Positions 29,198 to 39,471 of a DNA stretch of 64,000 bases are shown piece after piece. The DNA comes from an uncultured Candidatus Saccharibacteria bacterium (GTDB taxonomy: Bacteria; Patescibacteriota; Minisyncoccia; Phycocordibacterales; DATDWN01). A program made the position numbers and the translations under genes. Each line of letters begins with the position of its first letter. Within the stretch, counting starts at the first letter, position 1. The stretch is from NCBI GenBank assembly GCA_964597675.1, contig CAZQYV010000002.1, forward strand, positions 7,532-71,531, in the 5' to 3' direction. The notes below the pieces were generated by a model. It ran no database searches. It worked only from the letters and a program-made list of their open reading frames with translations, and was not told where the DNA came from.

Positions 29198-30367
29198 TTA
29201 TTTTAGTTTTGATCTTCGGAGAAATGCAGGCACTGCACCCCATTCGTCATCATCATCTGCTGTAGTATCCGTCTTTTCTTCGACTCGGGGCTGTGCGGGA
29301 ATTGAATTAAATATTTTACCCTTTTCTTCGACAGTTGTTTCGCCATATGTACTGGTCGAAGTTGTTGTTGCAGATTGCTGTGTTGCTTGGAAAAGAGTTT
29401 TCTTTGTAAAGTTTTCAGGGAAATTTGAAGCGATAACGGTAATCTTGACCTCGCCCTTTTTGAGTTTCTCGTCGCGTACTGTACCAAAAATAATGCGAGC
29501 GTTTTGGTCAACAGATTCTGTGATGATTTTTGCGGCATCTTGAATCTCGAACATACCAAGATCGTCTCCACCGGCAATCGAGAATAGCACACCCTTTGCT
29601 CCATTGATTGAAACTTCCAAGAGAGGGGAATTGATTGCAGATTTTGCTGCTTCTTCGGCACGTTTTTCACCAGTTGCAGTTCCAATACCCATGAGCGCCG
29701 GTCCGGCGTTTTCCATGACTGCTTTGATATCGGCAAAGTCGATGTTGATAATACCCGGAGTGGTGATCAAGTCAGATATACCTTCGACAGCAGATTTCAA
29801 AACATCATCACACATTGCAAATGCACTGCGTGCTGTTGTTTCTTTTGTAATGGTCGAAAGGAGTCGGTCGTTTGGAATGACAATAATCGCGTCCACTGAT
29901 TGCCGCAGATCTTCTAGTCCAGTTTCAGCGATTTTCATACGCTGTTGGCCTTCAAAAAAGAATGGTTTTGTGACGACACCCACTGTCAGTGCTCCCATCT
30001 CCTTTGCGATCCGCGCAACAGTCGGAGCAGCACCTGTACAAGTACCTCCGCCAAGTCCTCCTGCGATAAACACCATGTCCGCACCCTTTAGTGCTTCTTG
30101 TATTTCTTCTTTTGTTTCCTCGACTGCACGTTTGCCAAGCTCGGGATTCATGCCTGCACCCAATCCGCGTGTTAGGTTTTTACCGATATGTATTTTTCTC
30201 TTTGCAAGAGAGTGATGCAAGTCTTGTGAATCGGTGTTGATCGCAATAAAGTCAACTCCTCTTACTTTTGAGTTGATCATGTGATTCAGCGCGTTTTTGC
30301 CAGACCCACCGATACCGAGGACTTTGATACGTGCAAATGCTTCTACTTCTGGTTTGATTTGGGGCAT
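29198..30367 (-). CDS. ftsZ: Cell division protein FtsZ
   Basis: GLGGGTCTG, NIDFAD, C-terminal VPAFLRR. Confidence 0.98.
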   Translation of the reverse strand: MPQIKPEVEAFARIKVLGIGGSGKNALNHMINSKVRGVDFIAINTDSQDLHHSLAKRKIHIGKNLTRGLGAGMNPELGKRAVEETKEEIQEALKGADMVFIAGGLGGGTCTGAAPTVARIAKEMGALTVGVVTKPFFFEGQQRMKIAETGLEDLRQSVDAIIVIPNDRLLSTITKETTARSAFAMCDDVLKSAVEGISDLITTPGIINIDFADIKAVMENAGPALMGIGTATGEKRAEEAAKSAINSPLLEVSINGAKGVLFSIAGGDDLGMFEIQDAAKIITESVDQNARIIFGTVRDEKLKKGEVKITVIASNFPENFTKKTLFQATQQSATTTSTSTYGETTVEEKGKIFNSIPAQPRVEEKTDTTADDDDEWGAVPAFLRRSKLK

Positions 30368-30611
30368 GATATGAGTGGTTATGACCGGTGTGTGATAATT
30401 GTATTAATAAAGAGATACATAAAAAAATGTCCGATACTGCCTTGAAATATGGTATAAAAGGACAATTCAAGGTTCTCGGAGATTCCCGCATATCATAGCA
30501 GAAAACGGGAAAAATAAAAACAATTGACAGACAAAAGGCAATTATGCTCTAATATATACAGAAACGTTCCTTGTACATAGGAACCATACCCACCACGAGA
30601 GGAAGTATTGA

Positions 30612-31056
30612 GATGAGATCTCATCATGATCCGGTGAACACAAGAGTTCAGATGTTGACGACAGGAGCAATGTTGTCCCGAGGGATTGTCCCTCATGGTT
30701 CGTTCCAATTTTTGCCGGCAGATGTCAGAGAGGAGAGCGCCGATGTTTGGGATAGTCTCACACCCCATAATAAGAGACACCACGCGGTAGTGGATTTTGA
30801 TCAGTTTCTGGGGCAAGAGAACCCACAAGCAGAAGACAGAAGATTGATCTGTGGGCTTCTCCGTGATTGCACTTTTACGGAGAAAAAAATCCTAGTCCTG
30901 CTTTTTTACAAGGACTTCAATCTGTCAGAAGTGGCGAGATATCTCCATCTCACCTTCAGGGAGGCAGATAAGCTTCTCGAAAGAGCAAAAATGAAGATGT
31001 ACGAGCGTCTCGAGACCATGTTTCGTGAGGTTCTTGAGACCAACGAAATCAACTGA
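30612..31056 (+). CDS. Protein with sigma70 region-4-like HTH, inserted antisense between ftsA and ftsZ
   Basis: EKKILVLLFYKDFNLSEVARYLHLT...ERAKMKM; TTGACA at 30524, GAGGA SD, terminator at about 31066-31091; start uncertain (30571-30612). Confidence 0.7.
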
Positions 31057-31101
31057 AATCATTCGAAAGCCGGCTCACAGGAGCCGGCTTCATCTTGTAT
31101 A

Positions 31102-32283
31102 TTAGGGGAGAAATTGTTTAATCCATCCCATGATTTTGTCTGTCGTTTCACCCATGCGGGTTTTCAGTCCCAATTCTTTTTTGTCTTCTTTTGAAAAACC
31201 TAGCGTACAGAGGCCATATGCCACAGCCCAAGTAGAATCTTTGATACGATTTTTCTGATCACCGAGGTTTAGGGATGCGATCCGTGAAGGCAGTTTCAGT
31301 GCAACTTTTGCCAAGTCTTCTATTGTGCCGATACTGCCACCGCCACCGGTGATAAAGATGCCAGCAGGCAAGAGTCCGTTACGTCCTATTTTTTTCAAAT
31401 GGTTTTCAATCAGTTCAAACATATCCGAAAGTCTGGCGTGAATAATTTCATCCAATTTTTTCTTTGGATACGAGTTGCTACCAATACTGCCAATTTTTAT
31501 ATTTTCTGCTTCTTCCAGAGGAATTTTCAGACCGAGGGCAATGTCATTTGTAATATCGTTTGATCCAATTGGGAATATTTCTAGTGATATAGGGAGGTTG
31601 TTTTCAAAAACAACGATTGAAATAGTTTCTGCGCCGATGTTTGCCAATACACACCCTGCCATTTTTTGAGATTTGGATAGAGTGACAAAACTGGCAGCAA
31701 TAGGGGATGCCATAACATCTATCACATCTATACCTGCTTCATCTATTGCTTGCATCAGGTCATTTAGGTGAGGTTCCAAGCAGGTGATAAAGAGCATCCG
31801 TACTTCGAGTTTGGCACCCTTCATGCCAACCGGAGTTTTGGTTGGGATTATTTTTCCATCAATTTTATATGAAATAGGAATACTATGGAGGACCCGACGG
31901 TTTTGTATGAGTCCCACAGGAATATCTTGTTCACAGACATCTATTACTTTTGAGACGTCGAGGTCCATTATCTCTAGGTCTGCACGGCTAGTCATAATAC
32001 TACCGGTCGAAGTGACACCTTGGAGACCAATGCCACCAATAGCAATAAATGCTTTTCTAATTTTGACGCCAGATGTTTTTTCTGCATTTTCAACCGCCAC
32101 CCTAATACTTTGTGTGACGTCTTTTATATTTATTATGTAACCATGTCGGAGACCTTTTGATTCTGCAATACCGGTGCCAATAACACGAGGAGTTTGCTTG
32201 CCATTATCAGAGACAAGTTCAGCAACCACCACTTTGATCTGGTAGGTACCGATATCTATGCCGACTGTGATGTTGCGTAGCAT
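31102..32283 (-). CDS. ftsA: Cell division protein FtsA
   Basis: GIDIGT, SKGLRHG, NIGAET, ITNDIA, ITGGG. Confidence 0.96.
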   Translation of the reverse strand: MLRNITVGIDIGTYQIKVVVAELVSDNGKQTPRVIGTGIAESKGLRHGYIINIKDVTQSIRVAVENAEKTSGVKIRKAFIAIGGIGLQGVTSTGSIMTSRADLEIMDLDVSKVIDVCEQDIPVGLIQNRRVLHSIPISYKIDGKIIPTKTPVGMKGAKLEVRMLFITCLEPHLNDLMQAIDEAGIDVIDVMASPIAASFVTLSKSQKMAGCVLANIGAETISIVVFENNLPISLEIFPIGSNDITNDIALGLKIPLEEAENIKIGSIGSNSYPKKKLDEIIHARLSDMFELIENHLKKIGRNGLLPAGIFITGGGGSIGTIEDLAKVALKLPSRIASLNLGDQKNRIKDSTWAVAYGLCTLGFSKEDKKELGLKTRMGETTDKIMGWIKQFLP

Positions 32284-32352
32284 TGAGTATAATTCGAAAT
32301 GAAAAAATCAATTACATAGACACTAAAAAATAATACAAGTGTCGTCTGTCAC

Positions 32353-32742
32353 TTAGATGCGAAATGCACGGCGCAGTTTTTCTTCTGCTTTCTCCATTGT
32401 ACTACCATGTTCCATTCCTTTCAAATGCATACAACCGTGGATAAATAGAAATGCGATAAAATTTTGAAATGTTCGGTCAAATTGTTTTGCCTCACGTTCT
32501 GCTTTTTTCAATGTGATAAAAATCTCACCTTCATTTTTGTCGAGTGTAAAACTTAAAATATTTGTTGGTTTGTCTTTGTCACGATATGCCCGGTTCAGTG
32601 TCCGTGATCTACGCTCACCAATAAATACGAGACTAAGATTATAGTTTTTTCCGAGGGCAATGTTTTTTATATCAGCAAAAGAAATACGGGGGAGTGTTGC
32701 CCTAGTTGTGTTGGTTATTGAAAATGTATCAGTGTCTTTCAT
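32353..32742 (-). CDS. ybeY: rRNA maturation RNase YbeY
   Basis: LNRAYRDKDKPTNILSF, GEIFI, HGCMHLKGMEH. Confidence 0.93.
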   Translation of the reverse strand: MKDTDTFSITNTTRATLPRISFADIKNIALGKNYNLSLVFIGERRSRTLNRAYRDKDKPTNILSFTLDKNEGEIFITLKKAEREAKQFDRTFQNFIAFLFIHGCMHLKGMEHGSTMEKAEEKLRRAFRI

Positions 32743-32805
32743 ATTATATATACGACAAATGCATTGAAACCAATGCATTTTTTCTCTATTCCTATTATAT
32801 ATAGT

Positions 32806-33051
32806 TTATTTTTTTCCGCGAGGTGTATATTCACTCATTTTTCCCATTTTGATTAGTTCTGCTACTTCTTCTCGTCGTTTCAAAACCTTCAGTGTTTTTT
32901 TCTGCTTAACGTATTCTGACATTTTTCGAGTTGCGTATCGGATACTGCGGACACGTGGCAAAACACCCGAACCCTGTACCCGCTTGGTAAATCGTCGGAT
33001 GAGATTGAGGTTATTTTCGCTTCCTGTTTTAACTACTTCTGCATTTATCAT
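32806..33051 (-). CDS. rpsU: 30S ribosomal protein S21 (divergent)
   Basis: V.K..SE....LIRRF.KRVQ.SG.L...R..RY. Confidence 0.75.
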   Translation of the reverse strand: MINAEVVKTGSENNLNLIRRFTKRVQGSGVLPRVRSIRYATRKMSEYVKQKKTLKVLKRREEVAELIKMGKMSEYTPRGKK

Positions 33052-33149
33052 ATGGGCGTAATACTATCAAAAACGGGCTCTTTTGGCAAGGGGACCGTCC
33101 TCTATTCCACCTCACCACTAATGAAGCCCCCACAAAATCACTCTAGTAC

Positions 33150-33277
33150 CAAGAAATCTACGGTGAAAGTGTACCTTTTTGAGGGACTTCGGAGCTCGAC
33201 GGAGCGAGATTGAGCGGTCGGCTAGCAAGCCGAACCGTGTGCCCTCGAAAAGGTATGCTGAGCCAAGAGATTTCTTG
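33150..33277. repeat. Dispersed long-hairpin repeat, copy 1
   Basis: CAAGAAATCT/AGATTTCTTG and TACCTTTT.GAGGG/CCCTCGAAAAGGTA arms; ACTTCG...GAGATTGAG...GGCT-AGCA-AGCC...CCGTG core. Confidence 0.7.
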
Positions 33278-33290
33278 CTAATAGATATTA

Positions 33291-34493
33291 TTATTTCTTC
33301 CCCTTCCCCTGCATGTTCCTAAGAAAATCTACAAGACGGGACAGGGGAATTGTCTCTTGTTCACGAGTATTGACATCTCGGACGACGATACTGTTTTCTA
33401 TTGCCTCCTTTTGCCCGATAATCAAGACGTGGGTCGCGTGCATATATTCTGCACCAGTTAGCTGCCCGGTGATTTTATCTTTTGTTAGGGAATGGTAAAC
33501 AGGGATCTTATTTTTTCGGAGTAATTCGACTACATTAAGTGCTTTGAGTTTTGCAGATGGTCCGATCTGGACTAGGTAGTATAGTGGTTTTTTGATATTT
33601 TTAATAATCACCTTTTTGCTTGCTGTTGCACTTTTTTTGACAATAATTGTTGTACCAATACAGTGTATATCTTTCTTTCCTCCAATTTTTTTTGCGAGAT
33701 AGTTGTATCTGTATCCATATGCAAGCAATACACTGTCGTCACCTTTGCCTGTCGGCTGGCGAATTTCAAAGATAGTATTGGCACCAAATAATTTATTTGA
33801 AAAAATTGTTGGATTGATTTTGTAGGGGATGCCAAATGATTCAAGGTATTCCAACACTTCGGTTAGGTGAGTGCGACCAATATCAGAAAGAGCGGCAATT
33901 GTTTGAGGTGCTCCACAGCGAAATTCCTCAACATCTCGTTCTGAACTGCTTAAAACACTATAGTGATTCTTTTTAAACTCTGTTCGTGCCTTTGCTGGTA
34001 GTAAATGTATATTTTTTCGTGCATAACTAGTGAGTTCGCGTTCAAATTTTCCGATAGACTCTTTGTCACCAATACTGTTTATATCGAGGTAGAGGTTTTT
34101 GTATCCCAGATCACTCAAAATAGCGATCGCTGTTTTGATAGACAAGGCTTCACTAGTGCTCCGTCCGCTACCCATGATCTCTAGCCCGTACATTTCTTCT
34201 GTAGATTTCTTTTTTTGTGCACTACCGGTCAGAGGTTTTTTGTACAAGACCATAATCGGCTGGGCCAGTGACTGTAGATTATCACGCATGTACCACTGGG
34301 TAAGGGCAACTTTTTCATCTGCATCACTATACCAATCAAACTCTTTGAATTGTTTTGTCTTCTGAATATCGTCAGACGAGATATGTGGAGATTTGATAAC
34401 AGTAAAACCATATTGCAATGCAATTTCTCCAACTTTGTCACACTCGGTGGCAAGGTATGTTTTCTCTGCTTTTGATGCGTCTTTTTTGGACAT
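33291..34493 (-). CDS. Degenerate histidyl-tRNA synthetase paralog with anticodon-binding domain
   Basis: YGF..I.SP, GLEIMG, INSIGD, LAYGYRYNYL, C-terminal LIIGQKE...VRD...EQE; no FRYERPQ-type motif 2. Confidence 0.75.
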   Translation of the reverse strand: MSKKDASKAEKTYLATECDKVGEIALQYGFTVIKSPHISSDDIQKTKQFKEFDWYSDADEKVALTQWYMRDNLQSLAQPIMVLYKKPLTGSAQKKKSTEEMYGLEIMGSGRSTSEALSIKTAIAILSDLGYKNLYLDINSIGDKESIGKFERELTSYARKNIHLLPAKARTEFKKNHYSVLSSSERDVEEFRCGAPQTIAALSDIGRTHLTEVLEYLESFGIPYKINPTIFSNKLFGANTIFEIRQPTGKGDDSVLLAYGYRYNYLAKKIGGKKDIHCIGTTIIVKKSATASKKVIIKNIKKPLYYLVQIGPSAKLKALNVVELLRKNKIPVYHSLTKDKITGQLTGAEYMHATHVLIIGQKEAIENSIVVRDVNTREQETIPLSRLVDFLRNMQGKGKK

Positions 34494-34504
34494 AGTATGC
34501 TTTG

Positions 34505-35110
34505 TTATTGACCAATATGATTGCCGGGATAAATGGAAATTTTTGTAAAAGGAAAGAGTCGAACAAGCGGTGTGCCGATAATATATTTTCGTGGCAAGAT
34601 ACCCCATGAGCGGGAATCATAACTGACTGGGCGGTTGTCCCCAAGAACAAAGTATTCATCAGCGCCAAGGGTGACTGACATACTGGCAGGTGCGGTGTAG
34701 GTCAGAAATGACTCATCTAGACGGATGCCTTCAGGGTGCTCTGTATTGACAATCGTAACATTTGTGCCATTGAGCACCACAGTCTCTCCTGGGAGCCCTA
34801 CAATGCGTTTGATGAGGTTTTTACCCTCTTCTCCCTTGATGGGGAGGGGGAACTCAAAAATCACTACCTGACCTCGCTGGGGCTCTCCCATCCGATAGCC
34901 AATTTTGTTAACTACGAGATAGTCGCCTGTCTCAAATGTCGGATCCATAGAGCTTCCAGAGACGAGGTATGGCTCTGCAACATACATACGAAAAGGGAGA
35001 ACAACACCAACAGCAATAACCGCAAAGATCAAAACTTCACGAATAATTGTTTTCCAGAGCGGTTTTTTTGGCGGAAACTCTGCTGTAATAGGTGCTTGTT
35101 CTTCATTCAT
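34505..35110 (-). CDS. lepB: Signal peptidase I
   Basis: SGSSMDPT, IKRIVGLPGE, GDNRPVSYDSR. Confidence 0.96.
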   Translation of the reverse strand: MNEEQAPITAEFPPKKPLWKTIIREVLIFAVIAVGVVLPFRMYVAEPYLVSGSSMDPTFETGDYLVVNKIGYRMGEPQRGQVVIFEFPLPIKGEEGKNLIKRIVGLPGETVVLNGTNVTIVNTEHPEGIRLDESFLTYTAPASMSVTLGADEYFVLGDNRPVSYDSRSWGILPRKYIIGTPLVRLFPFTKISIYPGNHIGQ

Positions 35111-35218
35111 TTATTTTTTAGTTAAAAGTAAAGCGTAGTATACCTTTAAAGGTGGTCTTGACACAATATGCGATTATGATTCATAATGTAATTATTGAAA
35201 ATAATAAAGGTATAGTAA

Positions 35219-35398
35219 CAAATCTCTTTCTCAGCATATCATTTTTGGAGTGAGAAGTGATGTTATCACTTCGCAAGACTCTGAACGTCAGTATTCTGAT
35301 GTGAAGAGTGTACAGTTCCTGTAAGGAACGGAGTTCCTCAAGTCTCGGCTACCCGCCTTGCGAAGTCTCCAAAAATGATATCGCTTCAACGAGATTTG
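35219..35398. repeat. Dispersed long-hairpin repeat, copy 2
   Basis: CAAATCTC/GAGATTTG, ATATCATTTTTGGAG/CTCCAAAAATGATAT; 35334-35374 is the exact reverse complement of 39503-39543. Confidence 0.85.
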
Positions 35399-35443
35399 CT
35401 TATTTTTCAATTTTAATTTTTCATTTTCTATCTAATCTCAATT

Positions 35444-36031
35444 ATGTCATATATATTTGTGGGGCTTGGGAATCCTGGTGATGAATACAAGAATACTCGA
35501 CACAACACTGGCAGAATGATGCTAGAGTGGTATGCTCGTGCGTACGAAGCGGAATGGAAGTTTGATAAAAAAATCAACGCGCAGGTAGCAAAAATAAAAG
35601 TTGGCAAAAGCCCTGTGACACTTGTCCTGCCAGATACTTTTATGAACAATTCCGGCAAGACAGTAAAGTCCCTCGTTACAAGTGTTAAAGGCGCTGAAAA
35701 ACTGATGGTTATATATGATGATCTAGATATGGGATTTGGTGCACATAAAATTTCCTTCAACAAGTCATCGGGTGGGCATCGCGGGCTGGAGTCAATTATA
35801 AAATCACTCAAAACAGAAAAATTTGCGCGAATTCGTATCGGTATTTCCCCGACAACACCTAGTGGTAAAACAAAAAAACCAGTTGGGGAGGACAAAGTGA
35901 TGAAATTTATACTTGGGGAGTTTAAGCCAGAAGAAATAACCGCTCTCAAAAAGATATCAAAAAAAGTGACTCTGGCGCTTGATACATTTGTCACATCTGG
36001 CATCGAAAAAGCCCGCAACGAATTCAACTAG
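35444..36031 (+). CDS. pth: Peptidyl-tRNA hydrolase
   Basis: VGLGNPG..Y..TRHN.G, FMNNSG, DDLD, GGHRG. Confidence 0.97.
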   Translation: MSYIFVGLGNPGDEYKNTRHNTGRMMLEWYARAYEAEWKFDKKINAQVAKIKVGKSPVTLVLPDTFMNNSGKTVKSLVTSVKGAEKLMVIYDDLDMGFGAHKISFNKSSGGHRGLESIIKSLKTEKFARIRIGISPTTPSGKTKKPVGEDKVMKFILGEFKPEEITALKKISKKVTLALDTFVTSGIEKARNEFN

Positions 36032-36086
36032 ATTCTTTGCTAATAACTGCATTTCGTGTTATTGTTTTTCCGGAAAGGGGTTCCCT

Positions 36087-36494
36087 ATGTGCTGTTTACC
36101 GATTCGACAGGTCCAGAAGAGTGTGGACATCACACTCAATAACAATCAGATTATCCCTGGCAGATTTGCTGGGTGGCTTGTATATTCCGCAGCACTTTGT
36201 GCTGGTTCAAGTGGGGAAGTTATCTTGTCATATGTTGACTTGGTACCATTTTTTGACCAAGAAAAACACCCACGGGTGCGTATCTATGAACGTTTTTATG
36301 ACGGGGTGGATATCACTGAACAGACAATGGTGGTACGCCGGAATATCCCGCTTGATACATCGGCATGGAGAGTTCCGTGCAAGTTATGTTTGGTGGGTAG
36401 TTGGAGATTTTCGATACCACCAGAAGGAAATCGTGTTTGCCATGCGTGTTTTAAAATGCTCGCAGAGTTTTACTCCTGCGTTGTATCAGGATAA
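36087..36494 (+). CDS. Hypothetical protein with C-terminal CxxC...CxxC
   Basis: AAAGGGG before ATG 36087; CKLC...CHAC; downstream hairpin ACCACC...GGTGGT-TTT. Confidence 0.5.
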   Translation: MCCLPIRQVQKSVDITLNNNQIIPGRFAGWLVYSAALCAGSSGEVILSYVDLVPFFDQEKHPRVRIYERFYDGVDITEQTMVVRRNIPLDTSAWRVPCKLCLVGSWRFSIPPEGNRVCHACFKMLAEFYSCVVSG

Positions 36495-36549
36495 ATCACC
36501 CAGAAATGCCCAATTTACCACCAGTCTCCGGACCGGTGGTTTTATTTAC

Positions 36550-36580
36550 CAAAAACTCATCGGGTACCCGATGAGTTTTG
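36550..36580. terminator. Palindromic terminator after rpsA
   Basis: AAAACTCATCGGGTACCCGATGAGTTTT. Confidence 0.7.
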
Positions 36581-36607
36581 TATCTATTACTTTTTACCTT
36601 TTACTTC

Positions 36608-37753
36608 TTACTCTTTGACTTCTGCCTTCTTGTTTGGATCAACGTATGACAGAGTCATTTTTTGTTCCTTTGGATCAAATAGGGTAATCTTGAATTGGTA
36701 ACTTTTACCAAGCTCGAGTGTGTTGCGAAGTTTCTCTTCACTACCAAACTCTGAAATATGGACGAGACCTGCAATACCTTCTTCTATACTTGCAAGAGCA
36801 CCATGTTTGTTGAATTTAATCACAACACCTGGCACTACATCGTCTTTCTTGTATTTTTTTTCAGCCTCGTGCCATGGATTTTCCTTGAGGGCCTTGATAG
36901 AAAGAGAAATTTTGCCATCCTTGATTTCAATAATCTTGACCTTTACCTTTTCACCGATATGGAAGAGAAGTTTTGGATTTTCAACGAGTGCCCAATCGAT
37001 TTCTGAAATATGTACCAACCCTTCCAATCCTTCCTCGAGTTTAACAAAAACACCAAAGTCCACCATACCCGTTACTTCACCCAAGACTTCATCACCAAGT
37101 GTGTATTTACCAATGATTGAGTCTTTGTTTTTCTGCTCTGGATTTTTCTCCGAGAAGATCAACTTGCCTTCTTTTGGAGATGCACCGATGATTGCTACAG
37201 ATATTTTCTGTCCGACTAGTTTGCGGAGTTCCTCGAGAATTCGGTCTTTATCGCCATCTGCAACACGTGGGTAGTGTTCAGTTTTAAGTTGTGATGCGGG
37301 CAAAAATCCAGAAATACCCTGCCATGTGAGGATAAGTCCTCCCTTGTTTGCTTCTTGCACAGGCAATTCGTAGATTTTTTTGTCTCGAATAGCGTCTTCT
37401 GCTTCACTCCAAATAAGGGCTTGTCGAGCTTCCTTGAGGGAAATTTCGATATAACCGTCTTTGTTTGAAATTGATACGACCTTACCAGCAACACTGTCGC
37501 CAATGTTGATTTTCTTTATAATATCGCGGGCATTGATGTATTCACGACCATAAATAATACCCGTACCAAATGGTGGGATATCAATATAGACTGATGATTT
37601 CTCGATCCCGATTACTTTACCTTCAACCACGTCATCAATTGATGGGGGATTTGCGGTATCGTTCAGTAATTTTGACATTACTGTTTCTTTCTTTGCTCCG
37701 GCAGCAAGAGCAGTCTCTTCTGCAGTTTCAAGAATTTCTTCTTTTGTTGTCAT
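36608..37753 (-). CDS. rpsA: 30S ribosomal protein S1 (four S1 domains)
   Basis: NKGGL...GFLPASQL, FGVFV...EGLVHISE repeats; start reassigned to ATG 37753. Confidence 0.93.
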   Translation of the reverse strand: MTTKEEILETAEETALAAGAKKETVMSKLLNDTANPPSIDDVVEGKVIGIEKSSVYIDIPPFGTGIIYGREYINARDIIKKINIGDSVAGKVVSISNKDGYIEISLKEARQALIWSEAEDAIRDKKIYELPVQEANKGGLILTWQGISGFLPASQLKTEHYPRVADGDKDRILEELRKLVGQKISVAIIGASPKEGKLIFSEKNPEQKNKDSIIGKYTLGDEVLGEVTGMVDFGVFVKLEEGLEGLVHISEIDWALVENPKLLFHIGEKVKVKIIEIKDGKISLSIKALKENPWHEAEKKYKKDDVVPGVVIKFNKHGALASIEEGIAGLVHISEFGSEEKLRNTLELGKSYQFKITLFDPKEQKMTLSYVDPNKKAEVKE

Positions 37754-37807
37754 GTAGTATATGTGTGAAAGGTGGCGTGGCTTCCATTTGAAAATTCTTT
37801 TACAACA

Positions 37808-37893
37808 CAACTTTTCTGGCGCAATCTATCTCGCCCTGCTGGGCGAGCGAACTTCTCGGCCCGTCGGCCTTGTGAAAGGCGCCAGAAAAATTG
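37808..37893. repeat. Dispersed long-hairpin repeat, copy 3 (rpsA upstream region)
   Basis: TTTTCTGGCGC/GCGCCAGAAAA arms; minus strand TTCACAAGGC...GCCGAGA...GCCC-AGCA-GGGC. Confidence 0.7.
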
Positions 37894-38064
37894 CTGTTGT
37901 AACGAATTTTCAAATTTCCGAGACCACCTGTTTGGGTGGTTGGGAAGCCAAGTTTAGCATCTCTCACGGCTGTTAATATACAGATTGGTATTATACACTT
38001 TTTTAGCATTTGGGGTACTTGACATAAACACGTGATATGTGTTAGATATAGTATGGAGGAATGA

Positions 38065-38280
38065 ATGATAAAACCCGTAACGAATGTCTTTCCCAAGTAC
38101 ACGGAACCTGCGTTTCAAAACAGTTTTACGGTACCTTCCTGCAAAGGATGTAAGAAATCCTTTGTAGTAACATACAAGCCTGGCAATGGTATGTCGATGA
38201 GTGTGGCTCGACGACGAGTCTATTGTGAAAGTTGTAGACTCAAACAAAACATTGGCAACTGTTCTTTTGGAGAAGAATAA
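38065..38280 (+). CDS. Small zinc-ribbon-like protein
   Basis: GGAGGA SD, CKGC...F....YCESC, terminator at about 38297-38325. Confidence 0.6.
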   Translation: MIKPVTNVFPKYTEPAFQNSFTVPSCKGCKKSFVVTYKPGNGMSMSVARRRVYCESCRLKQNIGNCSFGEE

Positions 38281-38367
38281 AAAATCGTTGCATCTTGATC
38301 GCCTCACACGGGGCGGTCTTTTTTTTGTCTATTTTGAATTATTTTTACATTCGTATATACTATCGGT

Positions 38368-39003
38368 ATGATTATCACACACCATGGAGCGGATTTTTTT
38401 AAGGTTTCATTTGGGGATACGACCCTAGCGGTTAATCCAATTTCAAAAGATTCGTCACTCAAGGGTGCTCGATTCGGCAGTGATATTACACTCATCTCTC
38501 TCAACAGTCCTGAACATAACGGCAGTGATGTAACTTCTCGTGGAGAAAAGGAGTCTTTTGTTATCAAAGGCCCTGGTGAATATGAAGTCTCTGGTATTTT
38601 TATCAAAGGTTTTCTTTCAAAATCCGGATATGGCGGAGAGGATCGTTTGAACACGATATATACTGTCCAGATGGAAGGCATGAACCTCTGTTTTCTTGGA
38701 GCTATCGGGGATGAGAAAATCGCCCCCGCAGTCAAGGAAGCTATTGATGGCGTGGATATTTTATTTGTCCCGATAGGTGGTAACGGTGTGCTTGACCCAG
38801 CCATTGCGTCAAAATTAGCTGTTCAATTTGAACCAAAACTGATTATTCCAAGTCACTATGGCGAAGTCGGTGATAAAAATGCTCTTAAAACATTTCTCAA
38901 AGAGATTGGCGCAGAAAATGTCTCTCCAGTTGATAAGCTGACAATAAAAAAGAAGGATTTGGATGGCAAAGAGGGCGATGTTGTTGTCTTGGAAGTCGTC
39001 TAG
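38368..39003 (+). CDS. MBL-fold protein (Lactamase_B_3-like, degenerate metal motif)
   Basis: GPGEYEV.G, VDILFVPIGG, EPKLIIPSHY. Confidence 0.85.
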   Translation: MIITHHGADFFKVSFGDTTLAVNPISKDSSLKGARFGSDITLISLNSPEHNGSDVTSRGEKESFVIKGPGEYEVSGIFIKGFLSKSGYGGEDRLNTIYTVQMEGMNLCFLGAIGDEKIAPAVKEAIDGVDILFVPIGGNGVLDPAIASKLAVQFEPKLIIPSHYGEVGDKNALKTFLKEIGAENVSPVDKLTIKKKDLDGKEGDVVVLEVV

Positions 39004-39044
39004 CCACAAATCCCCTGATTTTGTGCATTTTTTACAACGCAATC

Positions 39045-39383
39045 ATGATTGATTTTTTTGAACATTTACGTCAAAAACCGGTGCGAGTAAGAAAGCAAAT
39101 TGCATTTTTGTTTTCATTTTTTGTTGTCGGGATAATCGTAGTTGTTTGGTGGACAGTTTGGTATCCAGATATGCGTGATACGAGCACCCGCCAAGCAGTC
39201 GCCTCCGAAAAAACCCCAGGACCATTTTCAGCATTTTTCTCAAACATGTCAGCAGGTGTGGATGTTATTTCTGACCAAGTTAATTCGCTGAAAGATGGGA
39301 CGAAGGAGGTTTTTACAGCGGAACCTATCTATTACGTCGCTCCGACAAGTACACCCTCCACCTCGTCAGTCATTATTCGTTGA
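39045..39383 (+). CDS. Membrane-anchored hypothetical protein
   Basis: L..KP...RK.IAF motif followed by TM. Confidence 0.7.
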   Translation: MIDFFEHLRQKPVRVRKQIAFLFSFFVVGIIVVVWWTVWYPDMRDTSTRQAVASEKTPGPFSAFFSNMSAGVDVISDQVNSLKDGTKEVFTAEPIYYVAPTSTPSTSSVIIR

Positions 39384-39471
39384 ATAAGTTTTACCTCACC
39401 TCGTCTTTTCTAAGGACTATGAGGACACGGCGATAATGCACCTTTTTAGAGACTTCAACCAACCATCAAAA

